A stretch of 64,000 nucleotides of DNA from Candidatus Kaiserbacteria bacterium (GCA_963699165.1 OY969413.1:532562-596561), one strand, 5' to 3'; shown: positions 37,135 through 47,042, counted from the first letter of the stretch. Program-made: numbers and translations. Notes: generated from the letters alone by a model not told the origin.

Positions 37135-37917
37135 CTACGAAGACGAGAGCGCATATGCGGCAAAACCGCTCGTGTGCGTCGCGATGCCGCTCGAATCGAT
37201 GGAATATCCCTCAAAGCCGTCGAGGTTTTCGATAAATGCGATGCCCTCCTTCCCCATCGCAAACGCTCCCGTTGCGAAACGGTCCGCCTCAAGCACGTCG
37301 GGACCGATAACGGTCAAGCTCACAATCTCCCCGATTTTTTGTTCCGGCGCGTACGGATTGTAAATATGGTCGCCACGGACATACGAACCGGATGTCGCGA
37401 TGCCTTTGCCGCGCGGATATACGATTTTTATGATTTGTTCGATGTTGAACGGATTGCGGATGCCGACACTCCAATCCTTTCCATCGAAATTTTTTCCGTT
37501 CATGGCAATGTCGCCGCCGGCGTTCACAAAATAATTTTCATATCCCGCTTTTCGAATAAGCGCTGCGGTGTTGAGTATCGCCCACCCTTTTACGATGCCG
37601 GACGGGTCGAGATGGCCGTCCGGATGGCGGATATCGAAATAGCCCTTTGTCTCTATTTTGGTCTTTTCGGCGAGCGCCAGCACTTCTTCCATTTCGGCGC
37701 TCACCGAGTGCCGGTCGATTTCGCCGCGATTGAGCTGCGAAATCTCGCTGTCTTCTTTGTAGGTGCTGAAGCGGGCGTCGACTTTCGCAAGATAGTCATA
37801 CGCCGCCTGAAGCTGCGCGGAGGCCTCATCGGCAACGATTTCGATTTCGATTGGCATGCCCATGATGATGCGGGTGTCTTTCATCGCCTCTATCATACTC
37901 CACAGGCGTACTCGCAA
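37135..37917 (-). CDS. apbE: FAD:protein FMN transferase ApbE
   Basis: ApbE-family sequence over its whole length; short form without a lipoprotein signal peptide. Confidence 0.8.
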   Translation of the reverse strand: MRVRLWSMIEAMKDTRIIMGMPIEIEIVADEASAQLQAAYDYLAKVDARFSTYKEDSEISQLNRGEIDRHSVSAEMEEVLALAEKTKIETKGYFDIRHPDGHLDPSGIVKGWAILNTAALIRKAGYENYFVNAGGDIAMNGKNFDGKDWSVGIRNPFNIEQIIKIVYPRGKGIATSGSYVRGDHIYNPYAPEQKIGEIVSLTVIGPDVLEADRFATGAFAMGKEGIAFIENLDGFEGYSIDSSGIATHTSGFAAYALSSS

Positions 37918-37946
37918 AAAGACCGATTACATACTATTGTGACAGT

Positions 37947-38957
37947 ATGAAAATCCATTATTTTTCGAGCGAACCGTGGGAGGGGGCGTACGTCCGAGCA
38001 AAACTCCCCGGAGAAGACATTGCGTTTTATGAAAAACCGTTCGCCGAATATCCCGAGTTGACCGATTCAGACGCGGACGTACTGTGCATTTTTATGGAAT
38101 CGCATGTCGGCGAAGCGGAACTGAACCGCTTCCCCTCCCTCAAGCTTATCGCGACGCGTTCGACCGGTTTCGACCATATCGATCTCGCCGCCGCGAAAGC
38201 GCACAACGTCGCCGTGGTCAACGTGCCGTTCTACGGCGAAAATACCGTCTCCGAATTCGCATTCGCGCTCATCCTCGCGCTTTCGCGGCGCATTATCGAA
38301 GCGGATACGCACGTGCGCGAAACCGGACTCTTCTCGCCGAACGGGTTGCGCGGTTTTGACCTCGCGGGCAAAACCATCGGCGTCGTCGGCACCGGCCATA
38401 TCGGACAGCACGTCATCCGAATGGCAAACGGTTTCGATATGAAGGTGCTCGGCTTCGACGCATATCCGAACGAAGCAAGCACCAAAACGCTCAATTTTAC
38501 GTATACATCTCTGCCGGAGCTGCTCGCGGCCTCGGACGTCATCTCGCTGCATGTTCCGTACAACGAACAAACGCACCATCTCATCAACCGGGACAACATC
38601 GGTTCCATAAAGAAGGGCGCGATTCTCGTAAACACCGCGCGAGGCGCCGTCATCGATACGGAAGCGCTTATCGAGGCGCTCCAAAAAGACATTCTCGCGG
38701 GCGCCGGACTCGATGTGCTTGAGAACGAGGGCGAACTGAACGACGAGCTGGCGCTGCTTATGGCACCGCATCCGCAGGAGGAGGAAATCCGCGTCGCGCT
38801 CGAAAATAATTATCTCATCAAGCATCCGCGCGTTATCGTGACGCCGCATGTCGCCTTCAACACCATTGAAGCCGTTGAGCGCATCATCGACACGAGCATT
38901 GAAAATATTCGTAAGTTTGAAGCGGGAACTCCGGTCAATCTTGTCGGCAAAGCGTAA
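37947..38957 (+). CDS. D-isomer-specific 2-hydroxyacid dehydrogenase
   Basis: NAD-binding GKTIGVVGTGHIGQ, catalytic His region, and the D-2-HADH fold. Confidence 0.9.
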   Translation: MKIHYFSSEPWEGAYVRAKLPGEDIAFYEKPFAEYPELTDSDADVLCIFMESHVGEAELNRFPSLKLIATRSTGFDHIDLAAAKAHNVAVVNVPFYGENTVSEFAFALILALSRRIIEADTHVRETGLFSPNGLRGFDLAGKTIGVVGTGHIGQHVIRMANGFDMKVLGFDAYPNEASTKTLNFTYTSLPELLAASDVISLHVPYNEQTHHLINRDNIGSIKKGAILVNTARGAVIDTEALIEALQKDILAGAGLDVLENEGELNDELALLMAPHPQEEEIRVALENNYLIKHPRVIVTPHVAFNTIEAVERIIDTSIENIRKFEAGTPVNLVGKA

Positions 38958-38977
38958 CTATCAGTAACATTCTTCAT

Positions 38978-39427
38978 ATGCCCCCTCCAAAAAAACCGTT
39001 TATCGGGAGTCGGATTCTGCTTTGGGCGGGATTCGTCGCCGTCGCCATTGCATACGTCGCGTGGCAAAACTTCGGTTCCAGAAGACCGGCGCCGACACAG
39101 ACGCCCGCAACGAACCCCGCCCAAACGACCGCGACAACCGTTGCCTATAAAGACGGCGCATATACCGGCACGGCCGCAAATGCGTTTTACGGCATCCTGC
39201 AAGTGAAGGCGGTTATTTCGGGCGGCAAGCTCGCGGATGTGCAATTTCTGCAGTACCCGAGCGATCGAAGCGCCTCGCTCGCAAAAAGCAACCAGGCGAT
39301 GCCGATTCTGAAACAGGAAGCCATCGCCGCGCAAAGCGCGAATGTGGACATTGTTTCCGGAGCGACGCAAACCAGCCAGGCATTTCAAACATCGCTCGCC
39401 TCCGCGCTCTCGCAGGCGGCAAGCTAA
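38978..39427 (+). CDS. membrane-anchored FMN-binding domain protein (ApbE flavinylation substrate type)
   Basis: N-terminal TM, FMN_bind domain with the flavinylation-site motif DIVSGATQTS. Confidence 0.75.
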   Translation: MPPPKKPFIGSRILLWAGFVAVAIAYVAWQNFGSRRPAPTQTPATNPAQTTATTVAYKDGAYTGTAANAFYGILQVKAVISGGKLADVQFLQYPSDRSASLAKSNQAMPILKQEAIAAQSANVDIVSGATQTSQAFQTSLASALSQAAS

Positions 39428-39469
39428 CCCGTCATTCGCCCCGGTCGCATACGGCGGTACAATGCACGC

Positions 39470-40039
39470 ATGGACGCATCGGATGAGGAATTGATTGCGG
39501 AATACCTTGCCGGCCGCGAGGAATCGTTTGCCGTCCTCGTACAGCGGCACGTTAAAGGTGTCTATTCCTTTATAGCGCGTTCCGTCGGTGAGGAAGCGGA
39601 CGACATTGTCCAAGAAACGTTTTTTCGGGCGTGGAAAAATCTGAAATCGTACGATTCCGCCGAAGCGAAATTCAAAACGTGGCTCATGCGCATCGCGCGA
39701 AACGCTACGATTGATTATTTGCGCAAAAAGAAACCCGCGCTTTTCTCGGCATTCGAAAATGACGAGGGCGAAAGTTTTCTGTTGGACACGCCCGACACGG
39801 AGCCGCTTCCGGACGAATTGGTCGCTCGCGCGAACGACGCGCGTGAAGTTCAGACGGTCCTGGAAGGGTTGTCCCCCGCGTACCGCGAAGTGCTTCTGCT
39901 CCGGTATATGAACCAATTGACCTTCGAAGAGATAAGCGCGGTACTCGGCATGCCCGCAAATACGGTTCGGAGCCGCCACCACCGCGGCCTTGCGCAACTC
40001 CGGAAACGTCTTCAAGAAACGCATCAAAAACGCAAGTAA
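39470..40039 (+). CDS. ECF (group IV) sigma-70 factor
   Basis: Region 2 (FRAWKNL...WLMRIARN) and region 4 (LTFEEISAVLGMPANTVRSR). Confidence 0.9.
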   Translation: MDASDEELIAEYLAGREESFAVLVQRHVKGVYSFIARSVGEEADDIVQETFFRAWKNLKSYDSAEAKFKTWLMRIARNATIDYLRKKKPALFSAFENDEGESFLLDTPDTEPLPDELVARANDAREVQTVLEGLSPAYREVLLLRYMNQLTFEEISAVLGMPANTVRSRHHRGLAQLRKRLQETHQKRK

Positions 40040-40064
40040 TTCGTATATACTTACAATAACGCCT

Positions 40065-40463
40065 ATGCCCAACAACGCCGCACCGCTTTTCAGGGAAATC
40101 GAACCGCCGCAGGGGCTTGTACCGGCGATTTTGGTGCGCATTGCCCGCGCACGTCAAAATGCCGCCCGTCTGCGCATGGCGGCGTTCGGCACGGTTGCCC
40201 TCGTGTCGCTCGTTACGCTCGTGCCCGTATTTCAGTACGCCGCAACCGAATTCAGCACCTCCGGCTTTGTTCAATACGCGTCTCTTTTCTTCGATAGCTT
40301 CTCGCGCGGATATTGGCAGGAGATTCTGTATTCGCTCGGCGATTCTCTGCCCTCCTTCGCGCTCCTGCTTCTCGCGGCGATTATCAGCATCGGCGCATCG
40401 TCGTTGTGGTATGCAAGCCGCAACGCGCGAATCGCGTTCACCCGCGTGGCGCTCGGGACATAA
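40065..40463 (+). CDS. putative membrane anti-sigma factor
   Basis: Immediately downstream of, and overlapping, the ECF sigma gene. Short cytoplasmic N-terminus, then TM helices. No zinc-finger motif. Confidence 0.4.
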   Translation: MPNNAAPLFREIEPPQGLVPAILVRIARARQNAARLRMAAFGTVALVSLVTLVPVFQYAATEFSTSGFVQYASLFFDSFSRGYWQEILYSLGDSLPSFALLLLAAIISIGASSLWYASRNARIAFTRVALGT

Positions 40464-40472
40464 CATTCATTC

Positions 40473-40919
40473 ATGAAAACACTTGAGGACTTTTTCGCTT
40501 CCAAAAAAGTGCGTCTAACCGCCATTGTTTTCGGCGGCATTATTCTCGCATTTCTTATTTTCCACGCGGGAGTCGAAATCGGAGAGCACGGCGGTGAATT
40601 TGACCGGCGCGGTCCGGACCGCGATTTCCGCCATCCACTCTTGCCCGGCGTCGCGCTGCCGCACGAGTTCATTCAAAACGGGCACGGGGCCGTCGGCACG
40701 ATAACCAATGTGTCGCTTCCGACCCTCACCGTTTCGACGCCGGACGGCAGAAACGAAACGATTCTCGTCAGTTCTTCAACGATGGTTCGGAGCATAGATG
40801 GTCCGGCAACCCAGCATTTTTCGGTGGGAAGTCAGATTGTCGTGCTCGGAGAGCCGGACAATCAGAACCGGATTGACGCAACCTTTATACGCATACTACC
40901 CGCAACAACAACGCCATGA
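40473..40919 (+). CDS. small single-pass membrane protein carrying one copy of a beta-rich ~60-aa module (possibly DUF5666-like)
   Basis: N-terminal TM (AIVFGGIILAFLIF), then GAVGTITNVSLPTLTVSTPDGRNETILV...SVGSQIVVLGEP...IDATFIRILP. Its stop overlaps the adaptor start. Confidence 0.5.
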   Translation: MKTLEDFFASKKVRLTAIVFGGIILAFLIFHAGVEIGEHGGEFDRRGPDRDFRHPLLPGVALPHEFIQNGHGAVGTITNVSLPTLTVSTPDGRNETILVSSSTMVRSIDGPATQHFSVGSQIVVLGEPDNQNRIDATFIRILPATTTP

Positions 40920-42733
40920 ACACTTCCGTACCTAAACCGGCCGCAACGACCAACCGATTTACCGCAGTAAAAACATATATTGCGGGGCACAAATGGCTGA
41001 GCGGAATCATACTGCTCGCGCTCATCGGCGGCGGCTACTATGCCTACAAAGTGTTCGACGCGCCATCGGGCGCGACTCGATACGTAACGACCGTCGCCGC
41101 GACTGGCACGGTCGTCGCATCCATGTCGGAAACCGGACAGGTTTCCGCGAGTTCAAACGTCAGCATCGAATCGCAATCGTCCGGCGAAGTCCTTTCCATT
41201 CCGGTGCAGGCCGGAGAACATGTGAGCGCGGGAACCGCGCTCGCTTACCTCGATCCGACGACGGCGCAGCAAAACGTCGAAAGCGCGAAACAAGCCCTTG
41301 AGGCGGCGCAACTCTCGCTCGCGATGCTTCAGGAACCGACCGCTACATCGACACTTACTTCCACGCAAAACTCGGTCGCAACGGCGCAGGCGAATCTGGT
41401 GCAGGCGCACCAAACCAGCTATAACGACATTTCCGTCGCATTCCTGAATCTTCCGACCGTCATCACCGGCCTTGATTCCGTTTTGCACGGCTCAACGGTT
41501 CCGGGCCGCACAAGCGAGCAGAATGAAAACGCGTATAGCGATATGGTCGAGCCATATGACTCGACCGTCGTGCAATACCGCACCACGGCCGAAAGTTCCT
41601 ATCAGACGGCATACGCCGCCTACACGAAAACGCTCGCCGATTTCAAAGCGACTCCTCGAACGGCGGATGATGCGACGATTGAAGCCCTCATAAATGAATC
41701 CTATCAAACGGCGGCAGACATCTCCGACGCGCTCAAGGCCTCGACGAGTTTTCTAAATTTCGTCGATACGACGCTTACGTATCACAACCTTTCGCTTCCC
41801 TCGACCTTAAACGGCCACCTCAATACGCTCACCGGATACACGACGACGACAAATCAGTACGTCGCGACGCTCGCGAGCGACGCGGCAAACATCACGAGTT
41901 CCGAGCGCTCCCTTGCGGCCGCACAGGCATCTCTTCAACAATTGCAAGCCGGAGCCGATCCTCTTTCGGTTCAGTCGAGCCAGCTCTCCATTCAAGGAAA
42001 AGAGGACGCGCTCGCGCAGGCCGAGCAGGCGCTCGCCGAAACCGTCGTGCGCGCGCCGTTTGACGGCACGGTCGCGCAGACGAGCGTACAGCAGTATCAA
42101 ACCATCGGAAACGGCACCGCCGTTGCAACCATGGTGAGCGACAATCAGAACGTCAATATCTCGGTAAACGAAGTGGATGCCGCAAAACTTAAGGTTGGTC
42201 AGAAAGCGACCATCACGTTCGATGCGCTGCCGAATATCTCGATTGCGGGCACCGTTTCCTCTGTAAATTCCATCGGCACGGTTTCTTCGGGCGTCGTCTC
42301 CTACGGCGCGGTTGTGACCTTTGACACGCCAAACACGAGCGTGAAGCCGGGCATGAGCGCGACCGTTGACATCGTTACGAGCACCGAAACCGGAATCGAG
42401 ATTCCAAGCAGTGCCGTGAAAACATCGGGCACGCAAAGTTATGTGCAGATATTCAATCCGCCTCTCGCAAATAGCAGCGGAAGCACCGGGGCCGCTTCGG
42501 CAGTAGCGCCAACGCGCAAAACGGTCACGACCGGCCTCACTGACAACACGAACATCATCATTGAAAGCGGTTTGTCTGCCGGCGATCAGGTCGTCACAAA
42601 GACGATTGCGGGAACCGCGACTGCTGCAGCATCAACCGCTTCAAGAACCACGACCACATCGCTCTTCGGAGCAGGCGGCGGTCCTGGCGGTGTTGGCGGC
42701 AGCGCGGGAGCGGTGCGCGCACTTACACGATGA
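40916..42733 (+). CDS. HlyD-family adaptor with a long coiled coil (paralog 2)
   Basis: N-terminal TM, Q/A/T-rich coiled coil, beta-barrel, and a Gly-rich C-terminal tail. Confidence 0.85.
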   Translation: MNTSVPKPAATTNRFTAVKTYIAGHKWLSGIILLALIGGGYYAYKVFDAPSGATRYVTTVAATGTVVASMSETGQVSASSNVSIESQSSGEVLSIPVQAGEHVSAGTALAYLDPTTAQQNVESAKQALEAAQLSLAMLQEPTATSTLTSTQNSVATAQANLVQAHQTSYNDISVAFLNLPTVITGLDSVLHGSTVPGRTSEQNENAYSDMVEPYDSTVVQYRTTAESSYQTAYAAYTKTLADFKATPRTADDATIEALINESYQTAADISDALKASTSFLNFVDTTLTYHNLSLPSTLNGHLNTLTGYTTTTNQYVATLASDAANITSSERSLAAAQASLQQLQAGADPLSVQSSQLSIQGKEDALAQAEQALAETVVRAPFDGTVAQTSVQQYQTIGNGTAVATMVSDNQNVNISVNEVDAAKLKVGQKATITFDALPNISIAGTVSSVNSIGTVSSGVVSYGAVVTFDTPNTSVKPGMSATVDIVTSTETGIEIPSSAVKTSGTQSYVQIFNPPLANSSGSTGAASAVAPTRKTVTTGLTDNTNIIIESGLSAGDQVVTKTIAGTATAAASTASRTTTTSLFGAGGGPGGVGGSAGAVRALTR

Positions 42734-43467
42734 TTGAAATAAAAAACATTACAAAAACCTACGGTTCCGGCATCGAAGCGTACACCGCGCTGCGCGGCGT
42801 TTCCTTCACCATAGATGAAGGAGAATTCGTCGCCATTATGGGTCCTTCCGGAAGCGGAAAATCGACGCTCATGCACATTCTCGGCTGTCTCGACACGCCG
42901 ACGTCCGGCACCTACATTCTCGACGGCAAAGACGTATCGACGATGACCGATGACGAACTTGCCGAAATCCGCAAGGACAAAATCGGCTTCGTCTTCCAGT
43001 CCTTCAATCTTCTCTCGCGCACTACCGTGATTCGCAATGTCATGCTGCCGCTCGTCTACGCCGGCGTGTCATCCGAAGAACGGCACGAACGCGCCGCGGA
43101 GGCGCTCGCATCTGCCGGCCTTGCGGAAGAATATTTTTCGCATCTTTCGAATCAGCTTTCCGGCGGGCAAATTCAGCGCGTCGCCATCGCGCGTGCGCTC
43201 GTAAATAATCCGGCACTCATCCTCGCCGATGAGCCGACCGGCAACCTTGATTCAAAAACAAGTTTAATCGTGCTCGGAACGCTGCAAAAATTGAATAAGG
43301 ATTTCGGCCGCACTATCGTGCTTATCACCCACGAACCGGACATCGCCGAACATGCAAACCGCATCATTCGCCTCCGCGATGGAGTCATTGTGTCGGATGA
43401 GAAAAACAAATCTCCGCGCGACGCCGTGCTCGAAACACAACTCTATGACGAGAGCAAAACCGTCTGA
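42730..43467 (+). CDS. MacB/LolD-type ABC ATP-binding protein
   Basis: [44 protein letters not shown]. Confidence 0.9.
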   Translation: MIEIKNITKTYGSGIEAYTALRGVSFTIDEGEFVAIMGPSGSGKSTLMHILGCLDTPTSGTYILDGKDVSTMTDDELAEIRKDKIGFVFQSFNLLSRTTVIRNVMLPLVYAGVSSEERHERAAEALASAGLAEEYFSHLSNQLSGGQIQRVAIARALVNNPALILADEPTGNLDSKTSLIVLGTLQKLNKDFGRTIVLITHEPDIAEHANRIIRLRDGVIVSDEKNKSPRDAVLETQLYDESKTV

Positions 43468-43470
43468 CCT

Positions 43471-44706
43471 ATGAAAACCCGCGACCTAATCGACGAAACA
43501 TATGCCGCGCTTTCCGCAAACAAAGTGCGGTCCGGCCTCACCGTGCTCGGCATCGTCATCGGAATCGCGTCCGTCATCGCGCTCACGGCCATCGGCCAGG
43601 GAGCGCAGGCATCGATTCAAAAATCAATTCAGTCCCTCGGCTCGAACCTTATCGAAGTAACGCCCGGTGCGGCGCGCCAAATCGGCTTCGGCGTCTCCGG
43701 CGGGCGCGGCACGGCCCGTTCGCTCACCCCCGGCGACGAAAACGCTATTGCGCAAGTCGACAACGTGGCGGCCGTCTCGGGCGAATATTCAAGCCGCTCT
43801 CAAGTCGCGGCGTCGGGCGCTAACACCAACACGACCGTCGACGGCGTTAACGCGGCCTATGCAACCATCCGCAACGTAACGATTGACCAGGGGGCTTTCA
43901 TTACCGACAGCGAATCGGCATCACTCGCAAAAGTCGCGGTCATCGGCCCGACCGTCGTCACCGATTTGTTCGGTTCAACCGCAACGGCATCCGATGCTAT
44001 TGGCCAGCACATTCGCATCAACAACATCGAGTTCACCATCATCGGCGTTACGGTAACGGCCGGAACGAGCGGTTTCAATAGTCCGGATACCTTTGTGTAT
44101 GTTCCGCTTGGCACGGCATTTCAATACTTCGCAGGAACGGGCAATCAATTCCTTTCGACCATCGACATTCAGGCGACAAGCCAAGACGCGATGACACAGG
44201 TCCAAAACGATGTCACTTCCCTTTTGCTTACGCGCCATAACATTACGGACCCGACGAAAGCCGATTTCAGCATCCTCAATCAGGCGCAAATCGTTTCGGC
44301 GGCTTCAAGCGTGACGGGAACGCTTACGGCGCTGCTTGCGGCGGTCGCGGGCATCTCGCTCGTCGTCGGCGGCATCGGCATCATGAATATGATGCTCACC
44401 ACCGTCACCGAACGCATGCGCGAAATCGGACTGCGCAAAGCCATCGGCGCAACGAAGAAAGACATCAATAATCAATTCCTCGCCGAGGCCATTGCGCTCA
44501 CGTTTACCGGAGGCGCAATCGGCATTGCGCTCGGCTGCGGGATATCCTTCATCGTAAGCGCAACGGGCGTCGAAGCCGCACAAATAACGCTCCCGTCAAT
44601 TCTGCTTGCATTCGGCGTCTCGGCGGCAATCGGCATCATCTTCGGCTGGTATCCCGCGCGCCGAGCATCAAACCTTAATCCTATCGACGCCCTGCGCTAT
44701 GAATGA
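43471..44706 (+). CDS. MacB-type ABC permease (FtsX domain)
   Basis: Paralog of the 24938-26191 protein, with the same architecture and the C-terminal NPIDALRYE. Confidence 0.9.
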   Translation: MKTRDLIDETYAALSANKVRSGLTVLGIVIGIASVIALTAIGQGAQASIQKSIQSLGSNLIEVTPGAARQIGFGVSGGRGTARSLTPGDENAIAQVDNVAAVSGEYSSRSQVAASGANTNTTVDGVNAAYATIRNVTIDQGAFITDSESASLAKVAVIGPTVVTDLFGSTATASDAIGQHIRINNIEFTIIGVTVTAGTSGFNSPDTFVYVPLGTAFQYFAGTGNQFLSTIDIQATSQDAMTQVQNDVTSLLLTRHNITDPTKADFSILNQAQIVSAASSVTGTLTALLAAVAGISLVVGGIGIMNMMLTTVTERMREIGLRKAIGATKKDINNQFLAEAIALTFTGGAIGIALGCGISFIVSATGVEAAQITLPSILLAFGVSAAIGIIFGWYPARRASNLNPIDALRYE

Positions 44707-44746
44707 AAAGTGCCATGGGCGCGATTACACATAATTATTTTTACCT

Positions 44747-45169
44747 ATGAATACAACAACTATCGGTACGGGAATCATCGCGCTTATCATCGGCATTGGC
44801 ATCGGCTACTTCGGCGGCAATGCCCTGCATCCGGCTGCGGCGCCGAGCGCGCGCGGAAGCTTTGCGGGAACGGGCGGAAGCGGTTTCGCCGGAGCGCGCG
44901 GCGGCGCGGCCGGCGGCGGATTTCTCTCGGGCACCGTTTCGGCAGCTGATTCCGGAAGCATCACGCTCAACACGCGCGACGGCAGTTCGCACGTTGTTCT
45001 CGTCACGCCGGCAACGACCGTCTCAAAGAGCGTATCCGGAGCATTGTCCGATGTGTCGGTCGGTTCAAATGTATTGATTACCGGAACGACCAACAGCGAC
45101 GGAAGCGTTACGGCGGCCGTGATTCAACTGCGTCCCGCGACACCGGCTGCGGCGCCGACTCCGCAATAA
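44747..45169 (+). CDS. small single-pass membrane protein with a Gly-rich linker and one beta-rich module
   Basis: N-terminal TM (GIIALIIGIGIGYF), Gly-rich stretch, then SGSITLNTRDGSSHVVLVTPATTVSKSVSGALSDVSVGSNVLITGTTNSDGSVTAAVI. Confidence 0.5.
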   Translation: MNTTTIGTGIIALIIGIGIGYFGGNALHPAAAPSARGSFAGTGGSGFAGARGGAAGGGFLSGTVSAADSGSITLNTRDGSSHVVLVTPATTVSKSVSGALSDVSVGSNVLITGTTNSDGSVTAAVIQLRPATPAAAPTPQ

Positions 45170-45235
45170 GCGGCGGAAAATAAAAAAGGCGGCACGGGTG
45201 CCGGCACCCGTGCCGCCTTTTTTATTTTCCGCCGC
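45170..45235. terminator. bidirectional intrinsic terminator (66-bp perfect palindrome)
   Basis: GCGGCGGAAAATAAAAAAGGCGGCACGGGTGCC|GGCACCCGTGCCGCCTTTTTTATTTTCCGCCGC between convergent genes. Confidence 0.7.
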
Positions 45236-45236
45236 G

Positions 45237-47042
45237 TTATTGACCGGACAACTGCGAGATGCGGGCCAGCGCTTGTGTGAGTTGCGATTCCAAAGATTGC
45301 ACCTGCGCCTGCAATTGGCTCAAGGTCATACTCGAAATTGCTGTTCCGCTCGGTGCGGCGACGGATGTGGCATTCGCGGCTTTTGTCGTTTCAATCTGAT
45401 TGAGCGCGGCTCGGGTCCCGGGACCGACAACACCGAGCTGAGTCAGACCATGCGCGGCCTGAAATTGCAAAACCGCAGCTTCGGTCAAAGAACCGAAATA
45501 TCCCGTCGGGGCGGCGGAAAGAAATCCTTGCGCGGCGAGCACTGTCTGAAGCTGCGTCACGTCTGTTCCCGTCGAACCGGGCACGAGATATTTTGTAAAC
45601 GTGAATGCGGGGGTTGCCGATGGTTGCGATACCATCGCTGGCACAGAAACTGTCGGTGCAACAGCCGCCGGAGCCGTCGCACCATTTACCGTCACCGTTA
45701 GCGGAGCGCACCCGCCGCCCGAAGAACAAACACTGACGGACGATACGCCTGACGCAACGCCGTACACGGTCAGCGTGCTGCCGTTCAGCGTTTCCTGCGA
45801 GACGGAATTCGTCCCGCCGGAAACAAAGTACGGCGGCGTGCCGCCGGAAATCGCGATTGTGGAATTTTGTCCCGAAAGCAGCGATAGCGCATTTTGACTG
45901 ATGGTGATATTGTTGCCGGTCGACGCGTATTGAACGGTCACGTTCACCGATGCGCATGTTCCGGTCGAGGCACACACCGAAATACTTGAAGTTCCTTGCG
46001 CGATGCCGGTCAGAGTCAGTGTTGTTCCGGAAAGATTCGCCTGCACGATGCTCGGGCTCGAATTCGAGGAAACGTAAAATTGCACGCCCGAGGGACCGTA
46101 AATATTCAGGGTCGTACTTTGACCCGTCGACACAACCGGCGCACTGCTGCTAAATGATACTGCTAAAGAACTCGAACTTCCGGCCGCTGCAACGACGATG
46201 CCGCACGATGCCATGTCGGACGAACACACCGTTATGGACGACGAACCGCTTGTGGAGCCGGTGCTGAGAGTTAGAACCGAGCCGCTGATACTCGCCTGTA
46301 TCACGCTCGAATTGGAATCGTTTTGTACCTGGTATATGCCGTTTCCTCCGCTGAGCGTAATCGGCAAATTTTGTCCGCTCACTACCATTGCGTTTGTTTG
46401 GCTCAAATTCAATTGAGAAGCGCCCGCCGGCAGGACGGTCACGTACACGCTCGGACAAGTCGTCGCATTGCCGACCTGGCAAAGCGTTACCGTCGTCGAC
46501 CCCGCCGTGTTGCCGGAGATTGTCACCTGCGTGCCGTTAATGCTGACATTTGCAATCGACGAATTCGAATTATTCGAAACATAGAGCGCGGTTGAGCCGA
46601 TGTTGCTCGCGGTTATGCTTGCGCTTGAACCGGCATCGATCACAATCGCATTTTGGCTCAATGAGAGCGCATTGGTCGAAGAAACGGTCGGCCACGCGAC
46701 GGTCGGCGATTTCGGTCCGCCCGTGCCGTTTAGAATCGCGGTTACGAGCGTACCGGAAGTAAGACCGTATGTCGCACTCGATACCGTCGTCGTAAAGTTT
46801 CCACTTCCGTCCGTCGTGCCGAGAGACACGATTTGGGCACCGGAACCGGCCTCGGTATACGACAGAAGCACACTGACGTTCGGGTCGCCGTAGACCGTTA
46901 TCTGTACATTATCGCCGCTCCCCGTTGCTAAAAGAGACAATGTCGGCGGTACGGTGGCAAAAGCAAAAACAGGAATGAACAAACCGATAAAACTTAGGAA
47001 TAAAAAGGTGAGAACCGATGTAGTTGTGAAGGTTCGTTGCAT
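45237..47042 (-). CDS. cell-surface protein: signal peptide, repeated Ig-like (Big_2-type) modules, C-terminal PG_binding_1 peptidoglycan-binding domain
   Basis: Start at MQRTF with a signal peptide. Repeated roughly 80-aa S/T-rich beta modules. C-terminal GSTGTDVTQLQTVLAAQGF...GYFGSLTEAAVLQFQAAHGLTQLGVVGPGTRAALN. Confidence 0.7.
   Translation of the reverse strand: MQRTFTTTSVLTFLFLSFIGLFIPVFAFATVPPTLSLLATGSGDNVQITVYGDPNVSVLLSYTEAGSGAQIVSLGTTDGSGNFTTTVSSATYGLTSGTLVTAILNGTGGPKSPTVAWPTVSSTNALSLSQNAIVIDAGSSASITASNIGSTALYVSNNSNSSIANVSINGTQVTISGNTAGSTTVTLCQVGNATTCPSVYVTVLPAGASQLNLSQTNAMVVSGQNLPITLSGGNGIYQVQNDSNSSVIQASISGSVLTLSTGSTSGSSSITVCSSDMASCGIVVAAAGSSSSLAVSFSSSAPVVSTGQSTTLNIYGPSGVQFYVSSNSSPSIVQANLSGTTLTLTGIAQGTSSISVCASTGTCASVNVTVQYASTGNNITISQNALSLLSGQNSTIAISGGTPPYFVSGGTNSVSQETLNGSTLTVYGVASGVSSVSVCSSGGGCAPLTVTVNGATAPAAVAPTVSVPAMVSQPSATPAFTFTKYLVPGSTGTDVTQLQTVLAAQGFLSAAPTGYFGSLTEAAVLQFQAAHGLTQLGVVGPGTRAALNQIETTKAANATSVAAPSGTAISSMTLSQLQAQVQSLESQLTQALARISQLSGQ

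Noticed and set aside
38067-40141. Long minus-strand ORFs (260 aa and 443 aa) covering the 2-hydroxyacid dehydrogenase, FMN-bind and ECF sigma genes.
   Set aside because: The plus-strand genes have clear family motifs (NAD-binding GxGxxG, SGAT flavinylation site, sigma regions 2 and 4). The antisense ORFs are Arg-rich with low complexity and no motifs.
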